Positions 13,769-26,768 of a stretch of DNA of 64,000 nucleotides are shown here, one piece after another. How positions within the stretch are numbered: the first letter of the stretch is position 1; each line of letters opens with the position of its first letter. The notes beneath the pieces were generated by a model. That model saw only the letters and a list, made by a program, of their open reading frames with translations. It searched no databases and was not told the origin of the DNA. This DNA is from Scyliorhinus canicula (taxonomy: Eukaryota). The stretch is from NCBI RefSeq assembly GCF_902713615.1, contig NC_052153.1, positions 66,896,649 to 66,960,648 of the forward strand, in the 5' to 3' direction. The position numbers and the translations under genes were made by a program.

Positions 13769-13880
13769 CAGTAAGCCCTCACTTATAGTTACAGTTGCAT
13801 CCCTGAAAAATGCAACATATGTGAAACAACTTTAAGCAAATCAGGTTTTTCCATTACAACCAAAGTTAAAGCTGCAGTTA
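13769..13880 (+). mobile_element. Possible Tigger/pogo-like terminal fragment
   Basis: TA|CAGTAAGCCCTCACTTATAG resembles a Tc1/pogo TIR start; no partner TIR found. Confidence 0.3.
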
Positions 13881-15003
13881 AGTTTTGTTGTACTTGGATA
13901 TTTCCTCCCTGAAAAGAAAAACATTAAAGCATTATCCTTTCTAAGTTGAAATGCTTTACATTGTTTAATTCCTATATTGGTAAATTAAATAACTTATATA
14001 ACATAAATATGCTAACTCTTTCTACTTACCTCCGACCTATGCTGCCTTGCTCGTTGCTGAATCTGCCACTCACTGAACCTCTCCCTCACCGCCCCCCCCC
14101 CCCCCCCCGCCAGTCCCGTTTCCCGTTCAGCAAACCACAGCTCCCTCACATCCCACTCCCTGACCTTCAGTATCAACATTGCTCCCACTCTCTGACATTC
14201 CTGCTTGCTGGCACTCCCCCGGCTCACCACATACCACGCTCCCTGGCCTTCCTTCCCCCTGACCCTCCCTCTCATTGAACCTCCTGCTCCCTGCCTCTCC
14301 CGCTTGCTGCTTCCTTCATTGTGAATAAGAGCCCAGGAGGTGAGCGGTGCGAGGCAGGAAGACCAGCTTCGACTTGCAGGAGGCAATCCATAAACTGAAG
14401 AGCTAGCAAGAGGGAAGATCGGCAGGAGGAGGGGTCGGCAGCAGTGGGGAGGGTCATGGAGTGGGAGGTTGGGGAGAGGGAGGGCCAGTGAGCAGGAAAG
14501 GGGTCGATCAGACAAAGTGTGAAATGATTCAATACAAAACTCCCAATGGCAAACAGAAATACTGACTGATGTTCAAGTAGAACAATGTAAAATAGGGGAA
14601 CATAAAATGGGACCGACTATATAGGGAAAACCAAAGGCATGGGGTGGGATTCTCCATCCAGCGGCGCCGGAATCGCGTAGCACAATCAGGCTGAGAATAA
14701 CGCGTCAGCCAAAATTCGAGACCGTCGCCGGGCGCCACACAGAATGCCATGCTCCAGTACCTCGACAGTGGCGTGAATGCGCTCTACACTGCATACCGGC
14801 GTGGGCATGCAAATCATACAGTAAACGCTGTTGGCACATTATCAACAGGCATTCTCCAGGCCTCAAGCAATGCTCTGCCTCTGCCTGGAGGAAGTACTGA
14901 TGGTGGGGGTCAGGAAACATGGCTGCTGAGGGAGAGGAGGTGAGACATGTTCCCAAAGGCACAGCAATGGGCTGCCAGTCCTACTGCTGGCCAAGGGGCG
15001 GGT

Positions 15004-15034
<31 letters not shown>

Positions 15035-15659
15035 AGGGCCGGGGAATGTAGCAGAGGGCAACCAGAGGATTGTCTATGGGGTCGGGGTGACCCCAGAATC
15101 AGGTGTCCAGGCACGGACCGCCATTGCCACGGCCAGCAAAGCAGCCATCTTGCAGCTCATCCCACTGACCGCGCACCATGGCCCGTAGTTGCAACAAGTA
15201 CCACCAGCTATATGGGTGCTCCCACACCCCCAAGACCGCACCTGAGGAGCCCACAGACCCCGCCCCCCACAACCAGGCATCACCCTGCTAGAGGGGCACG
15301 ACGCGGCCCACCCAAGGGGGGTGGCCACCACATATCCCACGGGAGGGCGCAGGACAGCGTCTGCAGAGCGTGCCGCTGGTATGAGGAGCACCAGCCACAG
15401 GCCGGCAGGGACAGGTGCCGTGGTCAGAGGACCCCCGGTGCCAGGCACCGACGGGGCCACGGGTGCAGTGCAGATGGCAATGTGTTGGGGAGCCTGGCCA
15501 GGACTGGGGTGGGAATGGGAGGGGAGGGTTGGAGGGGGATATGCGGGGCAGGGACTGCAGTGCAGGGCAGGGCAGGGCAGGGACACCGTGTAGCCCATTG
15601 GACCTTGTTGGGCACGGAGGTAACTGCCTTGCTAACATGCCTGCCTTTCACCCCCTGCA

Positions 15660-16877
15660 GAAAATGTACTTCGGTATCGAACCAGAAATGGTTGGAATTG
15701 CCGAGTCACCAGCCCTGGCGGATGCCATGAGGCTGTATGAGCAGGAGCTGCTCAGGGAAGACCCTGGAGAACAGGAGCCTTCCTGAGAGGAGCAGGAGCC
15801 AGCCGGTGAGGACAGAAAGCCGGCCGTCCAACAGGTCGAGGAGGAGGTGTGAATGTGGTAGAGCATCAGGCCTCATGTATACCGGCAGCATCTGTCATTC
15901 AAGGGCTGGCCGGACCCATCGTATCACAGAAGATTCTGCCTGAGCAGGTGGGCCCTGCGGCATCTGAGCACCTAGGGCACCCAGAACCATGGGGACTTAG
16001 GGGAGGACACCCAATCCCAGTGGCCATTAATGTGACTGTCGCCCTGAACCTCTACCTGACATGGTCCTTCCAGGGCCAAGTGGGGCCCTGTCTGGGATCT
16101 CACAGACTCAGTGCACCGTCACCTTTACACAGGCCCTGTATGCCCATGCAGCGCAATACATCAAGCTGAATATGGACTGAGCCCACCAGGTTGCCTAGGC
16201 AGTGGGATTCGCCACCATGGCTGGGAAGGCCCAGGTCCAGGGGGTGATCGGCGATATGCATGTCTCCCTATGAGCTCCGCCACATGAGGGGCTGGCCCTC
16301 ACAAACTGAAAAGAGTTCCACTTGATGATCATGCCGTTGGTGTGCGACCACCAGCATGTCTCTGCCCGATACCTGGGCAGTGTGTGCACCATGCTCATCC
16401 TGGCACACTCAACATTACTTGACACCTTTGAGGCGCACCCACGAGTGAGGAGTTGGATCATGGGCAACAGGCGTTATCCGCTGCGGTTGTAGCTGATGAC
16501 GCCTATCTGGAGGCCATAGACCGAGGTGGCAAACCATTGCAATGATGCCCATGCTGCGACCAGAGACATCATCGAGCGGTGCATCAGCGTCCTTAAAAGG
16601 TGCTTCAAGTAATGCTCTGGAGGGACCCTCCAGTATATCGCTAGGAGGGTCTCGCACATTGTGGTGGCCTGCTGTTTCCTCCACAACATTGCGCAGCAGC
16701 AGGGGTAACATGCTGGAGGAGGATGATAAACGGCAGGCATTTTCTAATGGGGAGAATGTGGAGGAGGGCCAGGATGAGCAGGGCATGAGGCCCCGGCAGC
16801 CACTGGATGCCACACAATGTGTGCGCCTGGGTAGCCACACAGAGGGTGCTCTCATCGCCACCAAGCTCACCAACTAG
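15660..16877 (+). pseudogene. Harbinger DDE transposase (HARBI1-like), disrupted
   Basis: GGHPIPVAINVTVALNLYLTWSFQG in ORF 15849-16169; downstream frames show NDAHAATRDIIERCISVLKRCF and ACCFLHNIA; several stops. Confidence 0.75.
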
Positions 16878-17099
16878 GGGGCCTGGCCACTCGTGGCTCA
16901 AGCACCCCATCTCACCCCACACGTTACTCCCCCCCCCCACCCTCGTCCAATCACACCCTCCCCTGTGTACCCTCCCTGCACCCTCCTCAGTCCTCACACC
17001 CTTCTAACGGAGGATTGAGGCAATTCGGAACGTTGGTGAACAGGTATTGATTGTGAGAGCTCCTATCGCTAACCATGTGCTGCACCCATGCCAACTTAC

Positions 17100-18010
17100 C
17101 TGTTGTCTACCTCTCTAGCCTTACAGGCCCTAATACTCCATCTGGGTGGTTCCCCAGGCTGTACTTCAGAATTGGAGGCTGCCTGTTGCGATTCCCGCCC
17201 CGTGACCTGGGTCTACATTGGCGGCCGTTGTCTTGAGCGACCGGAACAGATGGGCCCGACTGTCCACAAGGTGTTACGGGTGGCGTGGTGACACTCCATT
17301 CGACTCACTGCCCATTGGCGTCGCCAGGGACAGGTAAGGAGAATCAGAGGCATCCCGACACCTCCCCTGTGAGATTCACCGGCACTGGCCCCATTACCTC
17401 CTCCTCCTTCGAGGTGCCCGATGGTCTCCGGGCTGCTCTTTGGGACAGAGGTGTGGCCGGAGCGAGCTCCGGGAGCTCCACGAGCTCCACCGTCACCTGG
17501 GGCTGCCATTCCTGGGGACCCACTCTCTACCGGCAAGGATCTCCATGCCACGTCCCTCTGGGATTGTGCCAAATTGGTGGGTGAGGTTCGATTGCCCCCT
17601 AAGGGGGTGGGCTATGTTGTGTGGGAAGGGGGTTGGTGCCAGGTGCATGGTGGTGGCTCACCCTGGCTGGCCTGGGTGGTTGCTTACCCTGCACTGCCTG
17701 TTGGTGTCTGCCAGGTTGGGGGGGGGGGGGGGGGATTATAGGTGTGTGTGTCGGGGGGGGGGGGTTCAGCCAGGGGCATGGAGGTGGTGACTCACTTGGG
17801 CAGCATTGAGGAGGTCATGCAGCTTCTTCCCCATTCTGGCAGCGGGGGTCCATGGAGCACATGGTCTCTGCCACCTGCACGAGGCCCGGTTTATGTCAAT
17901 GGCCGGCAGCCTCCTTCCCACCCTGGGGAACAGTGTGTCCTGCCTCTCGTCCATGCCATCCAACAATGTCTCCAGGTCCGCAGCTGCAAAATCTCGAATC
18001 TGCTCTTCGG
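17100..18010 (-). pseudogene. Harbinger Myb/SANT-like DNA-binding protein, disrupted
   Basis: ORF 17766-17966 LDGMDERQDTLFP...KKLHDLLNAAQ followed by a GTGAGT donor; typical of the Harbinger second gene. Confidence 0.6.
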
Positions 18011-19038
18011 GGTGTTATTGTCTTGGCTGGAATGAGTGTGTGTGGGGAGTGGTGCTTATATGTGGCTGCAGTCAATCCTGACCCCGGCCAATCAGACTCC
18101 AGCGTTGGTTGGAATTGCACTAGTTGGCGGTGCTGGTCCATTAACGTGTCCCGAATCCCTCTGGGACTGGCACCACCTTCTTCAACATAAAACTCTTGTG
18201 ATTCAGTCCTGGTATCGGCACTTAGTCTCACAAACGGAGAATCCTGGCCATGATCTTTGATGCTGTCACACATTCTGTGCCATTGACTCCTTTTCCATCC
18301 TCCTGCTCAGTCATTGTCTCAAGTTGGAGCTGACTGTTCACAGCCTCAACAACTAATGTGACACCGAGCTGAGCTCTGAACTCCATATCCTCTCCATCAC
18401 AAAGCCCTACTTACACCTCTGTACTACCCAATACTACACCTGCTGCCAAAATCATCATGCGGGATTTTATCACATCTAAACTCAAGTATTTTGAAAGCAC
18501 TCCTGACCTGCCTCCATATCTCATGCGCTGTATCCAAAGTATCTAAAGCATTTAAGTTTATCTAAAGCCAAAGAGAGGCAGAAAGCTAGAGAATTCAGAT
18601 GCAGAAGGAAAGCCTAACATAGTTCAGCAAAATTTAAAGCAAAGATACAGTTGCGCATGGGGATGGCGATTTCTACAATCCCTCCACAAAGAAAAGGATC
18701 TCAGGAGAGCATTCGTCATATCTGATTTGATTTGTGTGGCAAATGAGTGGGATAGCAGCAGAATCCACTACAATCCTATTCATCAACACCTGAATGCAAG
18801 GCAGCTAGTATGTGCAAGCCAGTCAACTCAATGTAGATGTACTGAATGAAAGATTGAAGGTCTAAGATCAACATTAATGCCAAACAGATTGCAAAATATA
18901 GAGGGAAACTTCTTAAAGAGATGAGATAGTGCAAACATATAGTTCTGCCATGTTCAATATTAATATTATCTTTAATGTTAAAACTGTCTTCAATACTGGA
19001 ATAGTTAGATTATAATTTGCGAATAAAATATTGTCATC

Positions 19039-19807
19039 TACAGCCATCTAAGGTGGCCACCTGCAAGGACCATGGGAATTATGGCCAACCCAGGACTCAG
19101 ACAGATACAGAGCCTATGTGTATCTGAAACACAGGTGACCAGGCCTGATCGAAACCCCCGCTCGTTTGCATTTTAATGGCCCATTTTCCCAGGACAATAG
19201 AACTCCAATCAAGCAACCGGTACAGCCACAGACTGATCGGTGCCACTCCCCTTACTCAGAAAGCACAAATGCCAAGGTCAATGGCCGTTAAGGACCCGCC
19301 CAGCCACCAAGGCAACCACCCCTTTATTGGCCGAAATCGAAGACAGTGATCAGAGCCCTGTCGTACTATTGGATCCAATGTTAAGGACCGTCCCAAAGAG
19401 CCTGAAATCCCAGAGGGATAAAAGAGGACGCAGCCATGTATTCTGTCTCTTTTGTATCTGGCCTGTGCCAATCCAATCGTAGCAGGAACAGCCAGCCAAG
19501 TTCAAGACCAACAATTTCTACCTGACAGATGAGCCCAGCAGAGACAGAGCCACTTTCTTCTAACCAGCCAAGGGAAATCCAGATAAAGGCCTTATCCATT
19601 TGCACAGTGCCGGTCGCCCTGAAGTTAAGTACAGGTTATTGTAGCTGATAGGTGTAGTTTAACCCGTAGTAGATCGTGTGTTTGCATGTCGAGATAACTC
19701 TTGTGTATGTAAATAAACCACCTTTTGGACTAACTAACTGGTTGTGTGGTCATTTGATCGATATAAGGGAAGGCCTGTGGTTCACCAACATTATGAATAG
19801 AGCAATA
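19039..19807 (+). repeat. 5' LTR of provirus
   Basis: Aligns along its length with 33885-34659; AATAAA near 19712; termini mutated (TA...TA vs TG...CA). Confidence 0.9.
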
Positions 19808-19811
19808 TTAT

Positions 19812-19833
19812 TCGCGACTCTGGTGGGACTCGA
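19812..19833 (+). promoter_or_regulatory. Primer binding site, tRNA-Arg(UCU)-like
   Basis: TCGCGACTCTGGTGGGACTCGA is nearly the complement of the vertebrate tRNA-Arg(TCT) 3' end (expected TGGCGACTCTGG..GGACTCGA). Confidence 0.7.
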
Positions 19834-21311
19834 TTAGAAGTGACTTTGTCACTCTGAGAGATCTCACAAACCTTGAATCCAATTGTGCGAAAGAGAAAGA
19901 ACCACAAGTGCAAGTCCCATATCGACCAAATAACCGAATTTTGGAAGTGTGTACTAACCCACGTGCGTACCTAACAGGAAGAGTAAGGCAAACTCGTTAG
20001 AATTGTGTACAACTATCAAGGGATTGTGAGCCGGAAAATAAATTAAGCCATCTCGCTGTTCAAATCGCTGCTTTATTCCCCTGTCCCAAATTAAAAGTAG
20101 AGCAAGAGATAAGATAATGGCCGCTAAAGCAATGGAAGATTGATGAATCCACAGGAATCCGAGGTTGCAGCGACCAACAGAGCAGAGCAATGACCCATAT
20201 GGGAGGAAGAGTTAAGGAAATATTTAAAGGGGAAAGGATGGCCCCTTTGGTCGAATTTTTGAGCTAATGATGAGTCAGCTCCAGGAAAGATAGGACAAAC
20301 TTGGTGGGAGAACCTAAGCGAGGTCCACAAGAAAAATGTAGGGAAAGTCAGAAAGCCAATGGAAATAGTGTCCTGTTTGGCACAGTTGCGAGACACAGAG
20401 GATGTTGTGAAGATGCTCCGTAGGCAGTTAATTGAAAAGGAAGAAAAGAACGAGGGAAACAGTAACGAAAGCAAGAAGATAATTGAGCAACTCCGGGAAC
20501 AGTTAGCAGCTAAGGACAAGGAAATGGCCGATGTAAAACGTGCACATCAATCTTGTCTAGTTCACCTTAGTAGCTTCCAGACCCAGTAAGATAAAGCCGA
20601 CCAGTCCTGGTAAGAGAGGAAACAGAACAACAGGTCGCCAGCTAACTAGAAAATGCGCAGATTTAAAAAGCAGCTTTGAGAGCGCTCCACAGCTCCACCA
20701 AGAAACAGAGGCAGAGTACCGTTGACCATGCTAAATGCCGACAGAAGATAGAAAAGTTACAGTCGCTACTCTCAGTACAGAATGGCTTCAGGTACACCTT
20801 CAGACAGGATTTAGATGAGGAAGATGCTCCCAATTGGCAAGAATTAAACAAAAGCGCCCAAAGATACGTAGAGGACACGGGAAATCAAAATCAAGCCCCC
20901 CACACCCCAAAAAGAAAAGCACCCGCACCACCGACTGCACAGGCAGCACACACCCCCATTCACAATTCAACCCCCATGAATCCAGTTACCACACAATGCA
21001 AGTGTGGTGGCATGATTAACATAGCTGCCTGCCATTGGTGCAGAACACCGGCTTACCATTGGCCCTGGTCGGTCATGTGCCTCTCGACCGATTGGCTGAG
21101 ACCAGTCATGTGACGGCTCCCCGATTGGTCGAGAGGCTGAGTTAACCCCACCTCCAGGGCAAGGTATAAATACCCAGTACGCCCGGCGGTCGTCCATTTA
21201 CTGTAGTCGACCGCAGGGCTAACATCTAGCTTATTAAAGCCTAACTTTTGTACAGCAACTCGTCTCGCGTTCAATTGATGGTTCATCAATTTAATAAGCT
21301 AGAATTTGAAA

Positions 21312-24300
21312 ATGGAGCTCCGGATCAAGCCCGAATACCTCTGCATCAGCTCGCAAACTCAGAACGCTTCAGAAATCTTTAAACATTGGCTGGCATGTTT
21401 CGATGGTTACCTGGCGTCCGCAAACAGCCCCCCCACCATGGCACAGAAGCTTCATATCCTCCACTCCAGCGTGGGCATGGCGGCCTACGCGATGATTGCG
21501 AAGGAAAAAGATTACGACGCGGCCATGGATGAGCTGAAAGGACAGTTTCTTAACCCGGTAAACAGAGTATTCGCCCGACATCTGCTGGCTACCAGACAAC
21601 AGCTCCCCGGTGAGTCATTAGACGATTTTTACCAAGCCCTCGCTGTCCTGGGGAGGAATTGCTCCTGCCTCCAAGTTTCAGCCACGGAGCACATGGAACT
21701 TCTGATTAGAGATGCTTACGTGGCTGGGATGCAGTCCCCCGCTATCCGCCAGCGGATGCTGGAGAAAGACGACCTCAGCCTAACTGAGGCACGGACTCTC
21801 TCCACCTCCCTGGAGGTCGCCGATTTAAACGCCCGCGCCTATGTCCCGAGCCGCGCTGAAGCACCCTGGGCCTCCTGGCACACTTCCCCACCGCCATCCA
21901 CCGCTCCCGACCCCCGCGGGGCCCCGCTGCTATTTCTGTGGGTTCGCTAAACACCCTCGCCCGCGCTGCCCAGCCCGCTACGCCCTCTGTAAGAGCTGCG
22001 GGAAGAAGGGCTACTTTTCGACGGTCTGCCAGGCCAAATGGGTCGCTGCTGTACCGTGCAGCGACCGGGGATCCCCCCCTCAGGGCTCTTGCGGGTCCTT
22101 CCAGCGCACCGTACCAATCTCTCCCCCCCCCCCGCCCCCGGGCCCCTGCACCCGGCCTGCGCGCCTCCCCCTCTCCTCCGGGCCCTTCCGGGCCCTTCCA
22201 GTGCACCACGCAAATCTCTCCCCGCCACCCCCCCCCCCCCCCCGGCCCTGGGCCCCTGCGCCCGGCCTGCGCGCCACTCTGCCCCCGCTCTCAGCCGCTC
22301 CGATTGGCCCGCCGGCACCGCTAACCCCGCCCCCAGCAACCACGAGGGCCCCATGAGCGCCGCCATCTTGGGCCCCCGACGCCACGTGTGGGTCCTGGGC
22401 GCCGCCATCATGGGGCGCCCATCCTGGATGCCGCTTGGGGCCCCGACTCCATGTGCGGGTCCTGGGTGCCGCCATCTTGGGGCCCCGACTCCACGTGCGG
22501 ATCCTGGGCACCACCATCCTGGACTGGCACGCAAGGTTCTGCCAGCACCTACTCGGCCGACGACGACTACGACGATGGTTCTTCTCCACGGCTCGCGGCC
22601 ATTCAACTCGACCAGAGACTGCCACGCACGCTTGCCAAAACAACAACCCTGATCTACCTCAACGGCCACGAGACGGGCTGCCTGCTGGACTCCGGGATCA
22701 CTGAAAGCTTCGTTCACCCTGCCATGGTAAGACGCTGCGCGTTCCCTGTCCATCCTGTAAAACACAAAATCGGGTTAGCCTCAGGTTCGCACTCTGTCCG
22801 CATCACCGGCTGCTGCATCGCGGACCTCATGGTCCAAGGGAAGGTTTTTTAAAATTACAAACTCCTTGTCCTCCCTGACCTTTGCGCACCGGCACACCTA
22901 GGACTGGACTTCCAGTGCAACCTGCAGAGCTTGACCTTCCAATTCGGCGGCCCTATACCCCCCTCACTGTCTGCAGCCTCGCGTCCCTCAAAGTGGACCC
23001 CCCCTCCTTGTTTGCTAATCTCACCCCCGATTGCAAACCCGTCGCGACACGGAGCAGACGGTACAGCGCCCAGGACTGGACCTTCATCAGGACCGAGGTC
23101 CAGAGGTTGCTGAAGGAAGGGGTCATCGAGGCCAGCAACAGTCCCTGGCGAGCCCAAGTGCTGGTGGTCCGGACTGGGGAGAAAAACCGGATGGTCATCG
23201 ACTACAGCCAGACCATGAACCGGTTTACGCAACTGGACGCGTATCCTCTCCCCCTTATTTCCGCCATGGTAAACGATATCGCGAAATACAAAGTCTTCTC
23301 CACTGTGGACCTCAAGTCCGCCTATCACCAGCTCCCCATCCGCGCGAGTGACCGCAGATACACCGCGTTCGAGGCTGATGGCCGCCTCTACCACTTCCTT
23401 AGGGTTCCATTCGGTGTCACAAATGGAGTCTCGGTCTTCCAACGGGAGATGGACCGAATGGTCGACAAGTACGGATTGCGGGCTACCTTTCCGTACCTCG
23501 ATAATGTCACCATCTGCGGCCACGACCAGCAGGACCATGACACCAACCTCTGGAAATTTCTCCAAACCGCAAAACTCCTTAACCTCACTTACAATAAGGA
23601 TAAGTACGCGTTTAGCACCGACCGTCTAGCCATCCTCGGCTACGTAGTGCGTAACGGAGTGATAGGCCCCGACCCTGAACGCATGCTCTCCCCAATACCC
23701 TCAAATCCCTCAAACGCTGCCTGGGTTTCTTTGCTTACTACGCCCAATGGGTTCCCAATTACGCCGACAAGGCCCGTCTCCTCATTCAAACCACGACCTT
23801 CCCGCTGTCGACAGAGGCCTGCCAGGCCTATAGCCGCATCAAAGCGGACATCGCAAAGGCCATGATGCGCGCCATCGACGAGTCCCTCCCCTTCCAAGTC
23901 GAGAGCGACGCATCAGAAGTAGCTCTGGCAGCCACCCTGAACCAAGCGGGCAGACCCGTGGCCTTCTTCACCAGAACCCTCCAGGCTTCCGAACTCAGCC
24001 ACTCCTCTGTGGAAAAGGAAGCCCAGACCATAGTCGAAGCTGTGCGACATTGGAGGCACTATTTGGCCGGCAGGAAGTTTACCCTCCTCACAGACCAACA
24101 GTCAGTGGCCTTCATTTTTGATAATGCACAAAGGGGCAAGATTAAGAATGACAAGATCTTACGGTGGCGGATCGAGTTGTCCACGTACAACTATGAGATC
24201 TTGTATCGTCCTGGGAAGCTCAATGAGCCTCCTGATGCCCTGTCCCACGGTACCTGCGCCAGCGTGCAGATAGACCGCCTCCGCTCCCTCCACGCGGATC

Positions 24301-25392
24301 TCTGCCATCCAGGGGTGACCCGTTTCTACCATTTCTTAAAGGCCCGCAACCTGCCCTTCTCCATCGAGGAAGTCAGGACAGTAACCCGTGACTGCCACAT
24401 CTGCGCAGAGTGCAAACCGCACTTCTACCACCCCGAGTGCGCACATCTGATCAAAGCATCCCGCCCCTTCGAACGTCTCAGCATTGACTTCAAGGGGCCC
24501 TTCCCTCTAGCAACCGCAACATTTACTTCCTGACGGTAATCGACAAATACTCCCGCTTCCCCTTCGCCAATCCCTGCCCCGACATGACCACATCGACCGT
24601 CATTAAGGCCCTGCTCTCCATCTTCTCTCTGTTCGGCTACCCCGCATACAGACATAGCGATCGGGGGTCCTCATTTATGAGCGACGAGCTGCGTCAATTC
24701 CTGCTCAACAGGGGCATTGCCTCTAGCAGGACGACCAGCTCTAACCCCCCGGGTAACGGACAGGTCGAGCGGGAGAATGGTACCATCTGGAAGACCACAC
24801 TACTGGCCCTCCGGTCCAGAGATCTCCCTATTTCCCGATGGCAAGAGGTTATCCCCGATGCCCTACATTCTATCCGCTCATCCTCTGTACCACAACAAAT
24901 CAGACACCTCGTGAACGTCTTCTTGTTTTCCCCAGGAAGTCGTCCTCTGGATCCCCTCTCCCAACGTGGCTGGCCGCCTCCGGACCCATCTTGCTCCGGA
25001 AGCATGTGCGGGTGCACAAGCACGACCTGTTGGTGGAAAAGTCCAGTTACTACACGCTAACCCGCAGTATGCGTACGTGGAGTACCCCGACGGTCAGCAG
25101 GACACGGTCTCCCTCCGGGACCTGGCACCCGCCGGTGTGCGGCCTTCCCCCCCTTCACCACAGACCCCCCCCCATGTTTTATTTCCCCCAGCGCCCCACC
25201 CAGGCCACACCTTCCCCATCCATGGCGTCTCCACCACCTGCCCGGGTGACGGAGACTGTTCAAGGACCATCGCTCCCGGACTCCAGGACATCAGCGGAAC
25301 CACCACCATCGGCTGAACCAACGTCACCAACTCCACTGCGGCGGTCTGCCAGGACGTCACGGGCAACGAAAAGGCTGATCGAGTCTATTTAA
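21312..25392 (+). pseudogene. Gypsy gag-pol polyprotein, frameshifted
   Basis: gag 21306-21950; knuckles CYFCG..H...C and CKSCGKKGY....C; protease LLDSG; RT VDLKSAY / PFG / YLDN; RNase H ESDAS...EKE...TDQ; integrase HPG...CAEC, IDFKGP, SDRG, QVERENG. Confidence 0.9.
22090..22520 (+). repeat. GC-rich tandem repeats in the Gypsy gag-protease linker
   Basis: Two ~110 bp units containing poly-C and CCCGGCCTGCGCGCC, then about four ~39 bp units GCCATCTTGGGGCCCCGACTCCACGTGCGGGTCCTGGGC. Confidence 0.75.
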
Positions 25393-26583
25393 TTTTCAAC
25401 AACACCATGGACCTTGTATGGACAATATGTACTATTGTTAAATGTCTGGGCCAGTGGGAAGCCAAACCCTTTTTTTTCCCCCTTCTCTGGCTACTACTCA
25501 TACCACCAGTTCTTTCCCCCCCCCCCCCCCCCAGCTCTCGTTGATACACCCCCCCCCCCCGGCTTCTTCCTCTGCAAGGGGTGAATGTGGTAGTATGATT
25601 AACATAGCTGCCTACCATTGGTATAGAACACCGGCTTACCATTGGCCCTGGTCGGTCATGTGCCTCTCGACTGATTGGTTGAGACCAGTCATGTGACGGC
25701 TCCCCGATTGGTCGAGAGGCTGAGTTAACCCCGCCTCCAGGGCGAGGTATAAATACCCAGTACGCCCGGCGGTCGTCCATTTACTGTAGTCGACCGCAGG
25801 GCTAACATCTAGCTTATTAAAGCCTAACTTTTGTACAGCAACTCGTCTCGCGTTCAATTGATGGTTCATCAGCAAGTTATCGGATCAGGGTGAGCCTGAT
25901 ATCATTTAAACCACCCCACTATCCATGACCTAATTAAGAGAAGCTTGCCCGCACAGCTTCTTTGAGGCGGTGTGCCAACAAAAAGTTATGTACGGCCTAG
26001 ACGAGAGAGAGGAAGTAAAGCTAATAGTTATGAGCCTTAGCCAGTCTGTAAGATCAGCTTTGCCAGAACCCTAAAATGTAACAGGAGGAACCCCACAGGA
26101 AATGAAAACAGCCTATTTGATGCCATCGGGTATAAGAAAGGAGATCCAGTCGAGGGTTTAAATCACTGCAGGCAAAAAAAGGGAGAACATCCGGCTGCAT
26201 TTGCTGGTCACCTATGGATTCATTTCATGGCAGTCTACGGATAACTGAACCGCGCACACCTAAATGAGGTGTGCATGCCACAGACGCAGTTCAAAAGGCT
26301 TGTGTAAACTATGACCCCGCAGACCACACACACAATGAAGTTTGGGTATTGAAACGCCTTTCTAGAGAATGGGAACAAACCCTACACCAACAGACAGATC
26401 AGGACGAGATAGAAACAAACATGCACACAGTTAGGATTAGCCAGGACCCAGCATGGATAAACGAGGGTAGACACGAGGGACAGCACCCCAGAGCACGAGG
26501 TTGTTACAATTATGACCACATGGGACATTACGCCCGTGATTGCCGACAAAACCCCCCGAGCCAGCAACAATACCAACAACCAA

Positions 26584-26768
26584 AATGAAATGAAATGAAA
26601 ATCGCTTATTGTCACGAGTAGGCTTCAATGAAGTTACTGTGAAAAGCCCCTAGTCGCCACATTCCGGCGCCTGTTCGGGGCGGCTGGTATGGGAATCGAA
26701 CCGTGCTGCTGGCCTGCTTGGTCTGCTTTAAAAGACAGCGATTTAGCCCAGTGAGCTACACCAGCCCC
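26584..26768 (-). mobile_element. tRNA-derived SINE in provirus gag
   Basis: Near-identical to 727-907. Confidence 0.85.

Larger units (their letters stand above)
14642..18249 (+). mobile_element. Full-length but decayed Harbinger transposon with convergent nuclease and Myb/SANT-like genes
   Basis: TIRs GGGTGGGATTCTCC / GGAGAATCCTGGCC; perfect 3-bp TSD ATG (14639-41 / 18250-52). Confidence 0.85.
21003..25871 (+). mobile_element. Complete nested Gypsy/Ty3 LTR retrotransposon (frameshifted)
   Basis: 286-bp LTRs 21003-21288 and 25586-25871 (TG...CA, 9 differences by eye); perfect 5-bp TSD GCAAG; PPT AAGGGGTGAA; gag-PR-RT-RH-IN order. Confidence 0.95.

Noticed and set aside
14860-15730. Many overlapping Gly/Pro/Arg-rich ORFs
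   Set aside because: Expected from GC-rich Harbinger interior and homopolymer runs; the same applies to ORFs in the MITEs and at 21775-22765.
22360-22520. Short direct repeats resembling a CRISPR array
   Set aside because: Contiguous tandem units without unique spacers, inside a eukaryotic retrotransposon.
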